Source: Escherichia coli
Lineage (GTDB): Bacteria > Pseudomonadota > Gammaproteobacteria > Enterobacterales > Enterobacteriaceae
Length of the DNA: 64,000 bases
Assembly (NCBI RefSeq): GCF_003790525.1
Contig: NZ_CP033635.1
Strand: one strand, 5' to 3'
Within the stretch, counting starts at the first letter, position 1. Each line of letters starts with the position of its first letter. This document shows, piece by piece, positions 22,376-35,903 of the stretch. Position numbers and translations under genes: made by a program. A model generated the notes under the pieces. That model made no database searches. It worked only from the letters and a program-made list of their open reading frames with translations, and was not told the DNA's origin.

Positions 22376-23917
22376 ATGCGTAAGATAACAACCGCCGAGG
22401 CACTGGCGGCGCAAATTCAGGACGGTGCGACTATTGCTATTAGCGGTAACGGCGGCGGTATGGTGGAAGCCGACCATATTCTGGCTGCTATTGAAGCGCG
22501 TTTCCTGCAAACCGGACACCCGCGCGATCTGACATTAATCCACTCGCTGGGTATTGGCGATCGCGACAGCAAAGGCACTAACCGTTTTGCTCACGCCGAA
22601 ATGCTCAAACGCATTATTGCCGGACATTTTACCTGGTCGCCCAAGATGCAGGAACTGGTGAAAAGCAATGCTATTGAAGCCTACTGTTTCCCTGGTGGCG
22701 TGATTCAGGCGTTGCTACGGGAGATCGGTGCCGGACGTCCGGGGCTTTTTACCCACGTTGGGCTGGGATCGTTTGTTGATCCACGCAATGGCGGCGGTAA
22801 GTCGAATGAATGCACTACCACCGACCTGGTAGAACTGATTGAAATCGATGGTGAAACCAAACTTCGTTATCGCCCTTTCAAAGTGGATTACGCGATTTTG
22901 CGTGGCACTTATGCCGATCCTCGAGGCAACGTCAGCCTTGAAGAAGAAGCGATTGATATGGATAGCTATTCCATGGCGCTGGCAGCACACAACAGCGGCG
23001 GCAAAGTGTTCGTACAGGTACGCGATGTGCTGGAAGCTGGCGCGATTGAACCACGTCGGGTCAAATTACCGGGGATTCTGGTTGATGGCATCGTTGAGCA
23101 CCGCGAACAACCGCAAACCTATCTTGGTGGTTACGACCTGACCATTAGCGGTCAACATCGCCGTCTAAGTTCTAACGACGCTATTGAACTGGTTAGTCAT
23201 CCGGTGCGTCGCCTGATTGCCCGTCGGGCAGCACGGGAACTGGTGGCAGGCGCTTCAACCAACTTTGGCTTTGGTATTCCGGGCGGTATTCCAGGCGTAG
23301 CGCTGCGCGAAGGCGTGCCTTATCAAAGTTTGTGGCTGAGTGTAGAACAGGGTGTACATAACGGCATGATGCTGGATGATGCTCTGTTCGGCTGCGCCCG
23401 TAACGCCGATGCCATTATTCCATCACTCGATCAATTCGAATTCTACAGTGGCGGAGGGATCGATATCACCTTCCTCGGCATGGGAGAGATGGATCAGTAC
23501 GGTAACGTCAACGTCTCCCATCTCAATGGCAATCTGATTGGCCCCGGCGGATTTCTCGAAATTGCGCAAAACGCCCGTAAAGTGGTGTTCTGCGGCACGT
23601 TCGACGCCAAAGGTAGCAAGATTGATGTAACGCCAGATGGCTTGCATATCGCCCAGTCAGGTCAAATCCCTAAACTGGTTACCCAGGTGGAAAAAATCAC
23701 TTTTAGCGCCGCCTACGCACAGCAAAGTGGTCAGGAAGTGTTGTATATCACTGAACGTGCAGTATTCCAGTTAACGGCAGAAGGCGTTGAATTAATTGAA
23801 ATCGCACCAGGTGTGGAGATTGAGCGCGACATTCTGCCGTATATGGCCTTCCGTCCAATTATCAATCAGCCACGCCTGATGGAAAGTAGCCTGTTTACGC
23901 CGATGGAGGATGCATGA
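22376..23917 (+). CDS. Family-I CoA-transferase (acyl-CoA:acetate/3-ketoacid CoA-transferase, YdiF-like fused subunits)
   Basis: 513-aa ORF; C-terminal ITERAVFQLTAEGVELIEIAPGVEIERDILPYM closely resembles the YdiF C-terminus (...ITERAVFTL...LIEIAPGVD...) as I recall it. Confidence 0.8.
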   Translation: MRKITTAEALAAQIQDGATIAISGNGGGMVEADHILAAIEARFLQTGHPRDLTLIHSLGIGDRDSKGTNRFAHAEMLKRIIAGHFTWSPKMQELVKSNAIEAYCFPGGVIQALLREIGAGRPGLFTHVGLGSFVDPRNGGGKSNECTTTDLVELIEIDGETKLRYRPFKVDYAILRGTYADPRGNVSLEEEAIDMDSYSMALAAHNSGGKVFVQVRDVLEAGAIEPRRVKLPGILVDGIVEHREQPQTYLGGYDLTISGQHRRLSSNDAIELVSHPVRRLIARRAARELVAGASTNFGFGIPGGIPGVALREGVPYQSLWLSVEQGVHNGMMLDDALFGCARNADAIIPSLDQFEFYSGGGIDITFLGMGEMDQYGNVNVSHLNGNLIGPGGFLEIAQNARKVVFCGTFDAKGSKIDVTPDGLHIAQSGQIPKLVTQVEKITFSAAYAQQSGQEVLYITERAVFQLTAEGVELIEIAPGVEIERDILPYMAFRPIINQPRLMESSLFTPMEDA

Positions 23918-25995
23918 GCCAGCTTGATGACACCCTCCTTGATGCGCTCACACACGTCACTTTTCCAAAGGGTTTTGTGTCAGCAGAGCCAGCGTCAATT
24001 GTCACCGTTGAGGATGTTGATTACCCGATCTGGCAAGTTGATGCGCTGGTCGTTGGTAGCGGCGCAGCAGGATTACGTGCGGCAGTTGAACTTAAACGCC
24101 GCCAGCAAAATGTGCTGATCGCCACCGCCGGGTTATATATGGGGACATCGGCATGTTCTGGCTCTGATAAACAAACACTGTTTACCGCCGCTACCGCGGG
24201 CAACGGCGACAACTTCACCAAACTGGCAGAGGCACTGGCGAGCGGTGGGGCGATGGATCACGACACCGCTTATGTCGAAGCGGTAGGTTCTCTGCACACT
24301 CTAGGCGGGTTGCAATATCTTGGTCTGGAATTACCGGAAGATCGCTATGGCGCGATTCTTCGTTATCAAACCGACCATGACGAAGCCGGGCGTGCAACCT
24401 CGTGTGGGCCGCGTACCTCAAGGTTAATGGTGAAAGTGCTGCTGGAAGAAGTACAGCGTCTTGCTATCCCAATGTTGACCAGTGCAACAGTGATTAAACT
24501 GCTACATCAGCGTGACGAAAACGGCGAAGACCGCGTGGCGGGGGCAATCCTCGCGACCGGTCATCGCGCCCATAACCCATGGGGGCTGGCAATTGTGACT
24601 GCGCCCAATGTGGTACTGGCAACAGGAGGGCCTGGCGAGCTTTATCGCGACAGTGTGTATCCACACAAATGTTTCGGCTCACTGGGGCTGGCGCTGGAGG
24701 AAGGTCTGACGCTCACCAATCTGACCGAAAGCCAGTTTGGTATCGGCACAACGCGCAGCACCTTTCCGTGGAATTTGTCCGGGACTTATGTACAGGTGAT
24801 CCCATATATCTATTCCGTGGATGCCGGGGGTAACGAGTATAACTTCCTCGCGGATTACTATCGCACCACCCAGGAGCTGGCTTCAAACATTTTCCGTAAA
24901 GGCTATCAGTGGCCGTTCCACGCCACGCGGGTAATGGATTTTGGCTCCAGCTTGTTAGATATGGCAGTAGCGCAAGAGCAGCAATCAGGGCGTCAGGTAT
25001 TTATGGATTTCAATCGTAATCCTGAACCTGTGCCGGGTGACCTGCCGTTCTCATTAGATCGACTGGACGACGACGTTCGCGCGTATCTGGAAAATAACGA
25101 CGCTCTGGCACCATCGCCCATCGAACGACTGCAACGAATGAATCCGCTGTCTATCTCGCTGTATAAGATGCACGGTTACGATCTCACCACGCAGCCATTG
25201 CAGTTTGCCATGAATAATCAGCATATGAATGGCGGCATTGAAGTCGATATCTGGGGACAAACATCTCTGCCCGGTTGTTTTGCAGTGGGGGAAGTTGCTG
25301 GCACACACGGCGTCACCCGACCTGGCGGCGCGGCGTTGAATGCCGGGCAGGTTTTTGCTGTTCGTCTGGCACGTTTTATTGGTTGCACGCAAAAGCGGAA
25401 TATTGATGGAGATATAGCACAGCTGGCAGCTCCGGCACTGGCTTCTATAAGAGAGATCATTACTCAGGCGCACGATAACGGGACCGGGATGCCGTTGTCG
25501 GTTGTGAGAGAAAAAATTCAGGCACGAATGTCTGACCATGCGGGATTTATTTGCCATGCCGATAAAGTCCGACGTGCCACTCGTGATGCCCTGCTATTGA
25601 ACGAATTTGTGCAACGACATGGATTGGCAATCAAACATGTGGGTGAAGTTGCCGAGCTGTTTATGTGGCGGCATATGACGCTGACTTCTGCCGCCGTCTT
25701 AACTCAACTGACACATTATATTGATGCAGGTGGTGGTAGCCGGGGAGCACGTATTATTCTCGACAGGGATGGAAATTCTATTCCGCAAACACGAAATGGT
25801 TTTTGTGATGCCTGGCGCTTTCGTTCAGAGCGTACTGAGGATAAAAAAGATAAACTGCTTATTCATTATTGCAACAGTATCTTTCACGTCAGAGAAACAC
25901 CTGTCCGTGAGTTTCCCACTATCCGCGGCATTTGGTTTGAAAAAAACTGGCCTGGCTTTCTTAATGGGACAATTTACCAGCCACAGGATGAATGA
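23914..25995 (+). CDS. FAD-dependent oxidoreductase (fumarate-reductase/succinate-dehydrogenase flavoprotein-like)
   Basis: 693-aa ORF; N-terminal dinucleotide fold VDALVVGSGAAGLRAAVE; ATGA overlap with the upstream CoA-transferase stop. Confidence 0.75.
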   Translation: MSQLDDTLLDALTHVTFPKGFVSAEPASIVTVEDVDYPIWQVDALVVGSGAAGLRAAVELKRRQQNVLIATAGLYMGTSACSGSDKQTLFTAATAGNGDNFTKLAEALASGGAMDHDTAYVEAVGSLHTLGGLQYLGLELPEDRYGAILRYQTDHDEAGRATSCGPRTSRLMVKVLLEEVQRLAIPMLTSATVIKLLHQRDENGEDRVAGAILATGHRAHNPWGLAIVTAPNVVLATGGPGELYRDSVYPHKCFGSLGLALEEGLTLTNLTESQFGIGTTRSTFPWNLSGTYVQVIPYIYSVDAGGNEYNFLADYYRTTQELASNIFRKGYQWPFHATRVMDFGSSLLDMAVAQEQQSGRQVFMDFNRNPEPVPGDLPFSLDRLDDDVRAYLENNDALAPSPIERLQRMNPLSISLYKMHGYDLTTQPLQFAMNNQHMNGGIEVDIWGQTSLPGCFAVGEVAGTHGVTRPGGAALNAGQVFAVRLARFIGCTQKRNIDGDIAQLAAPALASIREIITQAHDNGTGMPLSVVREKIQARMSDHAGFICHADKVRRATRDALLLNEFVQRHGLAIKHVGEVAELFMWRHMTLTSAAVLTQLTHYIDAGGGSRGARIILDRDGNSIPQTRNGFCDAWRFRSERTEDKKDKLLIHYCNSIFHVRETPVREFPTIRGIWFEKNWPGFLNGTIYQPQDE

Positions 25996-26015
25996 TATTG
26001 CAAAGGTTAATCACT

Positions 26016-26492
26016 ATGCGAAATATAATTAGATCTATTAATGCTCTGCTTGCAACATTGAATATTACCATTTTGGCGATCATTGTGGCATGTGTGACAT
26101 GGCAAGTGGTAGCACGATTTATATTTAAAAGCCCCAGTATATTTACGGATGAACTCAGTCGTTTGCTTTTTATTTGCCTTGGCCTTTTTGGTGGTGCCTA
26201 TACCGCGGGGCAGAACCGGCATCTGGCGATTGATCTGCTTCCTATGATGCTGAAAGGAAAAGCCCGGCGTCATTTATTTTTGTGTATTCAGATTATCGTT
26301 ATTATCTTCTCTACCATCATTATGGTATATGGTGGTGGGCTATTAACGCTGGACACATTCGATTCAGGTCAAACCTCACCCGCTTTAGGCTGGCAGATGG
26401 GATATATCTATATGAGTATCCCGATTAGTGGTGTTCTTATTATTATATACACCATAGATATGGTTTTAACAGAACTTAAACAACCACTCTAA
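26016..26492 (+). CDS. TRAP transporter small permease (DctQ family)
   Basis: Four-TM small hydrophobic protein; start placed at MRNIIRSINALLATLNIT with AAGG RBS. An ATG at 25992 overlapping the upstream stop is an alternative. Confidence 0.78.
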   Translation: MRNIIRSINALLATLNITILAIIVACVTWQVVARFIFKSPSIFTDELSRLLFICLGLFGGAYTAGQNRHLAIDLLPMMLKGKARRHLFLCIQIIVIIFSTIIMVYGGGLLTLDTFDSGQTSPALGWQMGYIYMSIPISGVLIIIYTIDMVLTELKQPL

Positions 26493-26534
26493 AGATAATA
26501 AACAACAACCAACCATAGTAGGAATGGAGAAATT

Positions 26535-27836
26535 ATGGATTACTGGTTACCGATTATTGTGTTATTTGGTGCCTTCTTTTTTATGTTGGCATTAGGTGTA
26601 CCTATTGTTTATGCCATTGGTTTATCCACACTGGCATCAATTTCCACACAACTCGATTTCAACTCAGCATTGAGTGTGGTTTCCCAAAAGTTAGCCTCCG
26701 GGTTAGATAGCTTTACATTATTGGCAATTCCATTTTTTATTTTGTCTGGCAACATTATGAATCATGGAGGAATAGCGCGACGATTAATCAACTTTGCCAG
26801 AATTCTTGGCGGTCGACTGCCTGGCTCACTTGCTCACTGTAATATTCTTGCCAATATGCTGTTCGGGGCAATTTCTGGTTCAGCTGTTGCTTCGGCGGCT
26901 GCGATGGGCGGCGTCATGCATCCGCAACAGGTTAAAGAGGGCTACGACCCGGCATTCAGTACTGCGGTTAACGTTGCCTCTGCCCCGACGGGTTTGCTTA
27001 TTCCACCAAGTAATACGTTAATCGTCTATTCACTGGTCAGTGGTGGTACTTCTATTGCCGCACTGTTCCTGGCGGGTTATGTTCCGGGAATTTTGCTGGG
27101 TCTGGCACTGATGGTAATAGCCGGTATTATCGCGGTACGTCGCGGTTATCCAAAGCCAGAACGCCCGACTTTACGCCAGGCTGGCGTTGCGATATGGATG
27201 GCTATCCCCAGTATTTTCCTGATTATTTTAATTATGGGGGGTGTATTAAGTGGTATTTTTACCCCGACAGAGGCCTCCGCAATTGCAGTAATTTATACCC
27301 TTTTCCTTGCACTGGTTCTTTATCGTGAAATCTCAGTTAAAGATTTACCTAAAATATTTCTGGAATCCGTTATTACCACTGCAATTGTCTTGTTATTAAT
27401 TGGTTCTTCGATGGGAATGTCATGGGCGATGTCAAACGCTGACGTTCCCTTCCTGATTCTCGATTTGCTTAACACTATTTCTGACAACCCAATAATAATC
27501 CTGCTTATTATCAATATTATCCTGTTGATTATCGGCACTTTTATGGATATGACACCGGCGGTACTGATTTTTACGCCGATATTTTTACCGGTTGTCACCG
27601 AACTGGGCATGGACCCGATTCACTTTGGTATTGTCATGGTACTGAACATGTGTATCGGTATTTGTACTCCGCCTGTAGGCAGTGTGTTATTTGTCGGTTG
27701 TAGTGTATCTAAATTACCGATTAATAAAATTATCAAACCTATGCTGCCATTTTATGCCGTGATGGTATTGGTGCTGGCAATGGTGACCTATATTCCGCAA
27801 ATCAGTATGGCATTGCCAAGAGCACTGGGTTACTGA
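26535..27836 (+). CDS. TRAP transporter large permease (DctM family)
   Basis: 433-aa polytopic membrane protein MDYWLPIIVLFGAFFFMLALGVPIVYAIGL... typical of DctM. Confidence 0.88.
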   Translation: MDYWLPIIVLFGAFFFMLALGVPIVYAIGLSTLASISTQLDFNSALSVVSQKLASGLDSFTLLAIPFFILSGNIMNHGGIARRLINFARILGGRLPGSLAHCNILANMLFGAISGSAVASAAAMGGVMHPQQVKEGYDPAFSTAVNVASAPTGLLIPPSNTLIVYSLVSGGTSIAALFLAGYVPGILLGLALMVIAGIIAVRRGYPKPERPTLRQAGVAIWMAIPSIFLIILIMGGVLSGIFTPTEASAIAVIYTLFLALVLYREISVKDLPKIFLESVITTAIVLLLIGSSMGMSWAMSNADVPFLILDLLNTISDNPIIILLIINIILLIIGTFMDMTPAVLIFTPIFLPVVTELGMDPIHFGIVMVLNMCIGICTPPVGSVLFVGCSVSKLPINKIIKPMLPFYAVMVLVLAMVTYIPQISMALPRALGY

Positions 27837-27888
27837 TGCGCATTCACTGGCGGCACCTGCCGCCATATTTATTAGAAAAGGAACATCT

Positions 27889-28860
27889 ATGAAAATAAAA
27901 GTATCCGCTGGCATTATCGGTGCTGTTCTTATGTTATCCGCAAGCCAGTCCTGGGCAGTGACATTAAAACTGAGTCATAATCAGGATAAGTCTCATCCTG
28001 TTCATAAAGCGATGGAGTTCTTTGCGAAAAAGAGCAAAGAGTACTCTAACGGTGATATTACTATTCGTATTTATCCAAATGGAACATTGGGTACTCAACG
28101 AGAAACAATGGAGCTGATTCGTTCTGGCGCTATTCCACTGGTAAAAACCAACGCGGCAGAAATGGAAGCATTTGAAAATTCCTATAAATTATTTAGCCTG
28201 CCTTATTTGTTCCGCGATCGTGATCATTATTATCAGGTCATGCAGGGCGATATCGGGAGAAAAATCCTCGACTCAACGAAAAGCAAAGGTTATTTCGGGC
28301 TGACTTTTTATGATGGAGGCGCCCGCAGTTTCTACGGCAATAAACCAGTACTGAAACCAGACGATCTCAAAGGCATGAAAGTCCGTGTCCAGCCAAGTCC
28401 TGGCGCAGTTGAAATGATCAAAGTCATGGGCGGTAACCCGACGCCACTGGATTACGGCGAGTTGTATACAGCCTTACAGCAGGGTGTGGTCGATATGGCA
28501 GAAAACAGCGTGATGGCGCTGACCACCATGCGTCACGGTGAAGTGGCAAAATCCTTCAGCCTTGACGAACACACTATGGTTCCCGATGTGGTTCTGATGA
28601 GCAATGCTGCGTTTGATAAACTTAGCCCGGAAAATCAGGCAGTTATATTAAAAGCAGCTAAAGAATCAATGAGCTACATGAAAGACTTGTGGAGCGAGGA
28701 AGAGAAACAAGAATTTGCAAAACTGGATAAAATGGGCGTGAAAGTCTACCAGGTAGATAAAGCTCCGTTTATCGAGAAAGTACAGCCAATGTACGCAAAC
28801 TTCGCTAAGGACAACCCAGCCCTTGCCCCAATGCTGGCTGATATTCAGGCAGCTAAGTAA
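27889..28860 (+). CDS. TRAP transporter periplasmic solute-binding protein (DctP family)
   Basis: 323-aa ORF with signal peptide MKIKVSAGIIGAVLMLSASQSWA; DctP-type binding protein. Confidence 0.88.
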   Translation: MKIKVSAGIIGAVLMLSASQSWAVTLKLSHNQDKSHPVHKAMEFFAKKSKEYSNGDITIRIYPNGTLGTQRETMELIRSGAIPLVKTNAAEMEAFENSYKLFSLPYLFRDRDHYYQVMQGDIGRKILDSTKSKGYFGLTFYDGGARSFYGNKPVLKPDDLKGMKVRVQPSPGAVEMIKVMGGNPTPLDYGELYTALQQGVVDMAENSVMALTTMRHGEVAKSFSLDEHTMVPDVVLMSNAAFDKLSPENQAVILKAAKESMSYMKDLWSEEEKQEFAKLDKMGVKVYQVDKAPFIEKVQPMYANFAKDNPALAPMLADIQAAK

Positions 28861-28924
28861 TTATCTTCGTAGGGCTGCTTATTGTGGCCCTTATCGATAT
28901 CTGCAAGTGCTCGCTACAAAAGCA

Positions 28925-28951
28925 AAACGCCGACCAATGGTCGGCGTTTTT
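28925..28951. terminator. Bidirectional rho-independent terminator (accessory operon / rplI)
   Basis: aaacgccgacc-aatg-gtcggcgttttt: GC stem flanked by an A-tract on one side and a T-tract on the other, between convergent dctP-like gene and rplI. Confidence 0.7.
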
Positions 28952-28971
28952 ACGTCTCGTTGAATAACGAA

Positions 28972-29433
<462 letters not shown>

Positions 29434-29462
29434 TCAAAGTCGTATTAATGGACCGTGACCGA

Positions 29463-30009
<547 letters not shown>

Positions 30010-30015
30010 CAGAAA

Positions 30016-30429
<414 letters not shown>

Positions 30430-30738
30430 TTATTCAGCCTCCTGTCTGGGTCAGCCGAATCCCGGGGAGGCAAGGAACGTGTTAAAGGTCGGCTGAAAAA
30501 TGACGCGTTATAGTACTGACATACCCCGCTAAACTCAAGGCCAGCCGACAAATAAATCTCATCTTTCACCAAATCGTACTAACACGCTGATTTGAAGTTC
30601 ATCACACTTCATCATGGTGTTTTTTTGAACAACTGCATCAGAAATGGTCACCATCCACTTCTTTATCATTGATTAAAATTAAATCAGAAGATCACCACAA
30701 GAGGAGAGCACACAAAGTCAGCCGTTGAGGAGGTATCT

Positions 30739-31014
30739 ATGTTCAGTCGTGTTTTAGCCCTTCTGGCTGTGCTTTTGCTAAGTGCAAATACATGGGCAGC
30801 CATTGAAATTAATAACCACCAGGCCAGAAATATGGACGATGTGCAAAGCTTAGGCGTGATTTATATCAACCATAACTTCGCCACTGAAAGTGAAGCACGT
30901 CAGGCATTAAATGAAGAGACAGATGCGCAGGGCGCAACGTACTACCACGTGATTCTGATGCGGGAACCGGGGAGTAACGGCAACATGCACGCCAGCGCGG
31001 ATATTTATCGCTAG
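30739..31014 (+). CDS. yjfY: DUF1471-family periplasmic protein YjfY
   Basis: 91-aa ORF with signal peptide MFSRVLALLAVLLLSANTWA. Confidence 0.88.
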   Translation: MFSRVLALLAVLLLSANTWAAIEINNHQARNMDDVQSLGVIYINHNFATESEARQALNEETDAQGATYYHVILMREPGSNGNMHASADIYR

Positions 31015-31054
31015 CACCAGGTATAACCAACGAAACATTGCCATAGTTTGCTTT

Positions 31055-31079
31055 GCCCCCTTCGCAGGGGGCTTTTTTT
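31055..31079 (+). terminator. Rho-independent terminator after yjfY
   Basis: gccccc-ttcgca-gggggc followed by TTTTTTT. Confidence 0.8.
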
Positions 31080-31142
31080 GAAAAACGGCTGCGGAATCAG
31101 ACCAGTTATCTCCCGAAGAAGGAAATTTCCGCAGCGCGTGTT

Positions 31143-31829
31143 TTACTTCTGCCCGTAATAAGCGTTGGGACCATGCTTACGCATGAAGTGTTTATTCATA
31201 AGATAGCTGTCGATGTGATTCAGTTGCGGGTTTATACTGCGCGCAATCCACGCCATTTTCGCCACTTCTTCCATCACCACCGCGTTATGCACCGCATCGT
31301 GGGCATCTTTCCCCCAGGCAAACGGCCCGTGCTGATACACCACAATTCCCGGCGTATGCAACGGCTCGGCGTCACCCAGCGTTTCGATAATCACTTTGCC
31401 GGTGTTCAGTTCGTACTCACCCTGCACCTCTTCTTCGCTTAATCCGCGCGTACACGGGATATCACCAAAGAAGTAGTCGGCGTGCGTAGTGCCTAACGCC
31501 GGGATCGCCAGCCCCGCCTGCGCCCATGCGGTAGCATGAGTGGAGTGGGTATGGACAATGCCGCCAAGCGACGGATAACGACGGTAGAGTTCGAGATGCG
31601 TCGCGGTGTCGGAAGACGGGCGATATTCCCCTTCCACCACCTTGCCGCTCATATCAACCACCACCATATCGGCCGCTTTCATGGTTTCGTAGGCAACGCC
31701 GCTGGGCTTGATCACCACCAGCCCGCGTTCGCGGTCAATGGCGCTGACGTTGCCCCAGGTAAAGGTCACCAGCCCATAGCGCGGCAGATCCATGTTGGCT
31801 TCAAATACCTGCTGTTTTAGCTTTTGCAT
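31143..31829 (-). CDS. ulaF: L-ribulose-5-phosphate 4-epimerase UlaF
   Basis: Start at [29 protein letters not shown] gives 228 aa; start overlaps the ulaE stop. Confidence 0.94.
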   Translation of the reverse strand: MQKLKQQVFEANMDLPRYGLVTFTWGNVSAIDRERGLVVIKPSGVAYETMKAADMVVVDMSGKVVEGEYRPSSDTATHLELYRRYPSLGGIVHTHSTHATAWAQAGLAIPALGTTHADYFFGDIPCTRGLSEEEVQGEYELNTGKVIIETLGDAEPLHTPGIVVYQHGPFAWGKDAHDAVHNAVVMEEVAKMAWIARSINPQLNHIDSYLMNKHFMRKHGPNAYYGQK

Positions 31830-32683
31830 TATGCCGCCTCCACCATGCCCGCTTTCGCCATGCGCGCTTTCACCCAATCACGCGCTTTCGCCACTTCTGC
31901 TGCCGGGTCTTCCGCCGTTTCGCTCCACATCTCAATCAGGTACGGCCCGCAATAGCCACTCTGTTTGAGCGTTTCGAAGCAACGTTCGAAATCCACTACG
32001 CCTTCGCCAAACGGCACATTTTTGAAGACGCCTGGTTTGGTGTCTTTCACATGCACCGCGACGATATGCCCAATTCCGGCCTGCAATTCCATCTGCACGT
32101 CGTTGTCCCACGCCGACAGGTTGCCGATATCCGGGTAGAGCTGGAACCACGGGTTGTTGAGATAGTGCGCATAGCCCAGCGCCTTGCTGATGGAGTTCAT
32201 CAATGGATAATCCATGATCTCCATTGCCAGCGTCACCTGCGCGCGGCTTGCCATCTCAACGCTCTCTTTCAGGCCGTCACGGAAACGACGACGCGTTTCG
32301 TTATTGGCTTCCTGATAGTAAACGTCATAGCCCGCCAGTTGGATTACGCGAATGCCAACGTCCTGGGCGAACTGGATAGCTTTACGCATAATCTCCAGCC
32401 CCTGCGCCCGTACCGCGTCATCTTCGCTGCCCAGCGGGAAACGACGATGAGCAGAAAGGCACATGGACGGCACGCGCACGCCGGTTTCAACAATCGCATT
32501 CACCAGCGCCAGACGCTGCTCGCGGCTCCAGTCGAGGCGCGACAGGCGATCGTCAGTTTCATCTACCGACATCTCGACAAAATCGAAGCCTAATTTTTTT
32601 GCCAGTTGCAGCCGTTCCAGCCAGCACTCCCCGGCGGGGAGCGCTTTTTCATAGATGCCAAGCGGGATTTGTTTGGACAACAT
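31829..32683 (-). CDS. ulaE: L-ribulose-5-phosphate 3-epimerase UlaE
   Basis: 284-aa [42 protein letters not shown]... Confidence 0.94.
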   Translation of the reverse strand: MLSKQIPLGIYEKALPAGECWLERLQLAKKLGFDFVEMSVDETDDRLSRLDWSREQRLALVNAIVETGVRVPSMCLSAHRRFPLGSEDDAVRAQGLEIMRKAIQFAQDVGIRVIQLAGYDVYYQEANNETRRRFRDGLKESVEMASRAQVTLAMEIMDYPLMNSISKALGYAHYLNNPWFQLYPDIGNLSAWDNDVQMELQAGIGHIVAVHVKDTKPGVFKNVPFGEGVVDFERCFETLKQSGYCGPYLIEMWSETAEDPAAEVAKARDWVKARMAKAGMVEAA

Positions 32684-32692
32684 ATCCGCTCC

Positions 32693-33343
32693 TTAACCCC
32701 ACAGTTCGGCGATGGAACGTTTGAACTGACGTGCGGCTTCCACCGGAGAAGCGGCATCACGGATACTACGGCCCGCGATAAAGACGTGAATCGGAATGCC
32801 TTTGAACAGCGGCAGATCTTCCAGCGCCAGGCCACCAGTGACGGTCACTTTGAAGCCCATATCGGAAAGACGTTTGATCGCGGTAATGTCCGCTTCGCCC
32901 CACGCTACGCCTGCGGCCTGTGCGTCACGGCTGCGGTGATAAACCACCTGCTGAATGCCTGCGTCGCGCCACTGCTGCGCCTGTTCCCAGGTCCAGTAAC
33001 CGGTCAGTTCGATCTGCACGTCGCCGTTAAACTCTTTTGCCACGTCCAGCGCACCTTTGGCAGTGTTGATATCCGCACAGCAAATCACGGTCACCCAGTC
33101 AGCGTTGGCTTCGAAGCACATGCGAGAAAGGATTTTGCCTGCATCGGCAATTTTGGCGTCAGCCAGTACGATTTTGTGCGGGTACAGCGCTTTCAGGTCA
33201 CGAACCGCACGCACGCCTTCGCCTACGCAAAGAATGGTGCCCACTTCGATAATGTCGACTTCTTCGGCAATCAGGCGAGTGGTTTCGTAGGCGCTATCCA
33301 TAGTCTGGTTGTCCAGCGCGACTTGCAACATCGGTAATGACAT
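32693..33343 (-). CDS. ulaD: 3-keto-L-gulonate-6-phosphate decarboxylase UlaD
   Basis: Start at [24 protein letters not shown] gives 216 aa; track ORF 5' extension rejected. Confidence 0.94.
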   Translation of the reverse strand: MSLPMLQVALDNQTMDSAYETTRLIAEEVDIIEVGTILCVGEGVRAVRDLKALYPHKIVLADAKIADAGKILSRMCFEANADWVTVICCADINTAKGALDVAKEFNGDVQIELTGYWTWEQAQQWRDAGIQQVVYHRSRDAQAAGVAWGEADITAIKRLSDMGFKVTVTGGLALEDLPLFKGIPIHVFIAGRSIRDAASPVEAARQFKRSIAELWG

Positions 33344-33356
33344 TTTCAATTCCTTC

Positions 33357-33821
33357 TTAAGCTGCCGCGTTGGTGCGGTCAATGAGATCCAGTACTTCCT
33401 GCTCGGTACGGCAGGCACGTAAACGGTCGAAATTCTCTTCATCTTCAAACAGGTTAACGATCTGCATGATGCCCACTTCCTGGTGAGTGTTGGCATCGAC
33501 CGCCGCCATGGTGATGAGGATATCCACCGGATCGTTATCTTCGTGGTTGAACTCCAGCGGCTTTTTCAGCGTTACCAGAGAGAAACCGGTTTTCTTAACG
33601 CCCTCTTCCGGACGCCCGTGCGGCATTGCCAGTCCCGGTGCGATAACGAAATAAGGACCAAACTGTTCAACGCCATCCAGAATCGCCTGGTAGTAACGCG
33701 GCTCTACCACATCTGCCGCTACCAGCAGGTCAACACCGATTTTCACCGCTTCCTGCCAGGTATTTGCTTCGGCCTGCAGGCGGATAGATTTATTTTCAGC
33801 CAGCGAATCACGTAATTTCAT
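33357..33821 (-). CDS. ulaC: Ascorbate-specific PTS EIIA component UlaC
   Basis: 154-aa [32 protein letters not shown]... Confidence 0.94.
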
Positions 33822-33830
33822 GGCGCGTCC

Positions 33831-34136
33831 TTACTTCACATCCTGCGGGAAATGCGCTTTGATCACTTCCAGCAGTTTCGGGCCAAAGTCAGCAGGAGAG
33901 AGCATGTTGCGCACGCCAACCACATATTTGTTGCCGGTCACGGTGATTTCGCCCGCAATGTGCGTAGAAGCGATGATGATATCCGCGCCGCTCAACTCGC
34001 TTTTGTATTCGCCAACCGCGCAGCTGTTTACCGTGTGGTCAATGTTTGATTGGGTTAAAAACTGGTCCACTTTCATCTTCATGATCATGGAACTGCCTTG
34101 TCCGTTGCCACACACAGCCAGAATACGTACGGTCAT
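33831..34136 (-). CDS. ulaB: Ascorbate-specific PTS EIIB component UlaB
   Basis: Start at [23 protein letters not shown] gives 101 aa. Confidence 0.92.
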   Translation of the reverse strand: MTVRILAVCGNGQGSSMIMKMKVDQFLTQSNIDHTVNSCAVGEYKSELSGADIIIASTHIAGEITVTGNKYVVGVRNMLSPADFGPKLLEVIKAHFPQDVK

Positions 34137-34151
34137 AATCAAAACTCCTTA

Positions 34152-35903
<1,752 letters not shown>

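Noticed and set aside
13048-28951. Possibility that the two accessory segments are mobile elements, prophage remnants or integrative islands
   Set aside because: No integrase, transposase, recombinase or phage genes are seen; no inverted-repeat ends or flanking direct repeats are visible by eye; the tRNA genes are about 34 kb away. They are better described as non-mobile accessory or differential-loss loci, but boundary repeats should still be checked computationally.
32606-33337. 243-aa plus-strand ORF, and 34098..34952 (284 aa)
   Set aside because: Antisense to ulaD/ulaE and ulaA; the ula genes are recognised on the minus strand.
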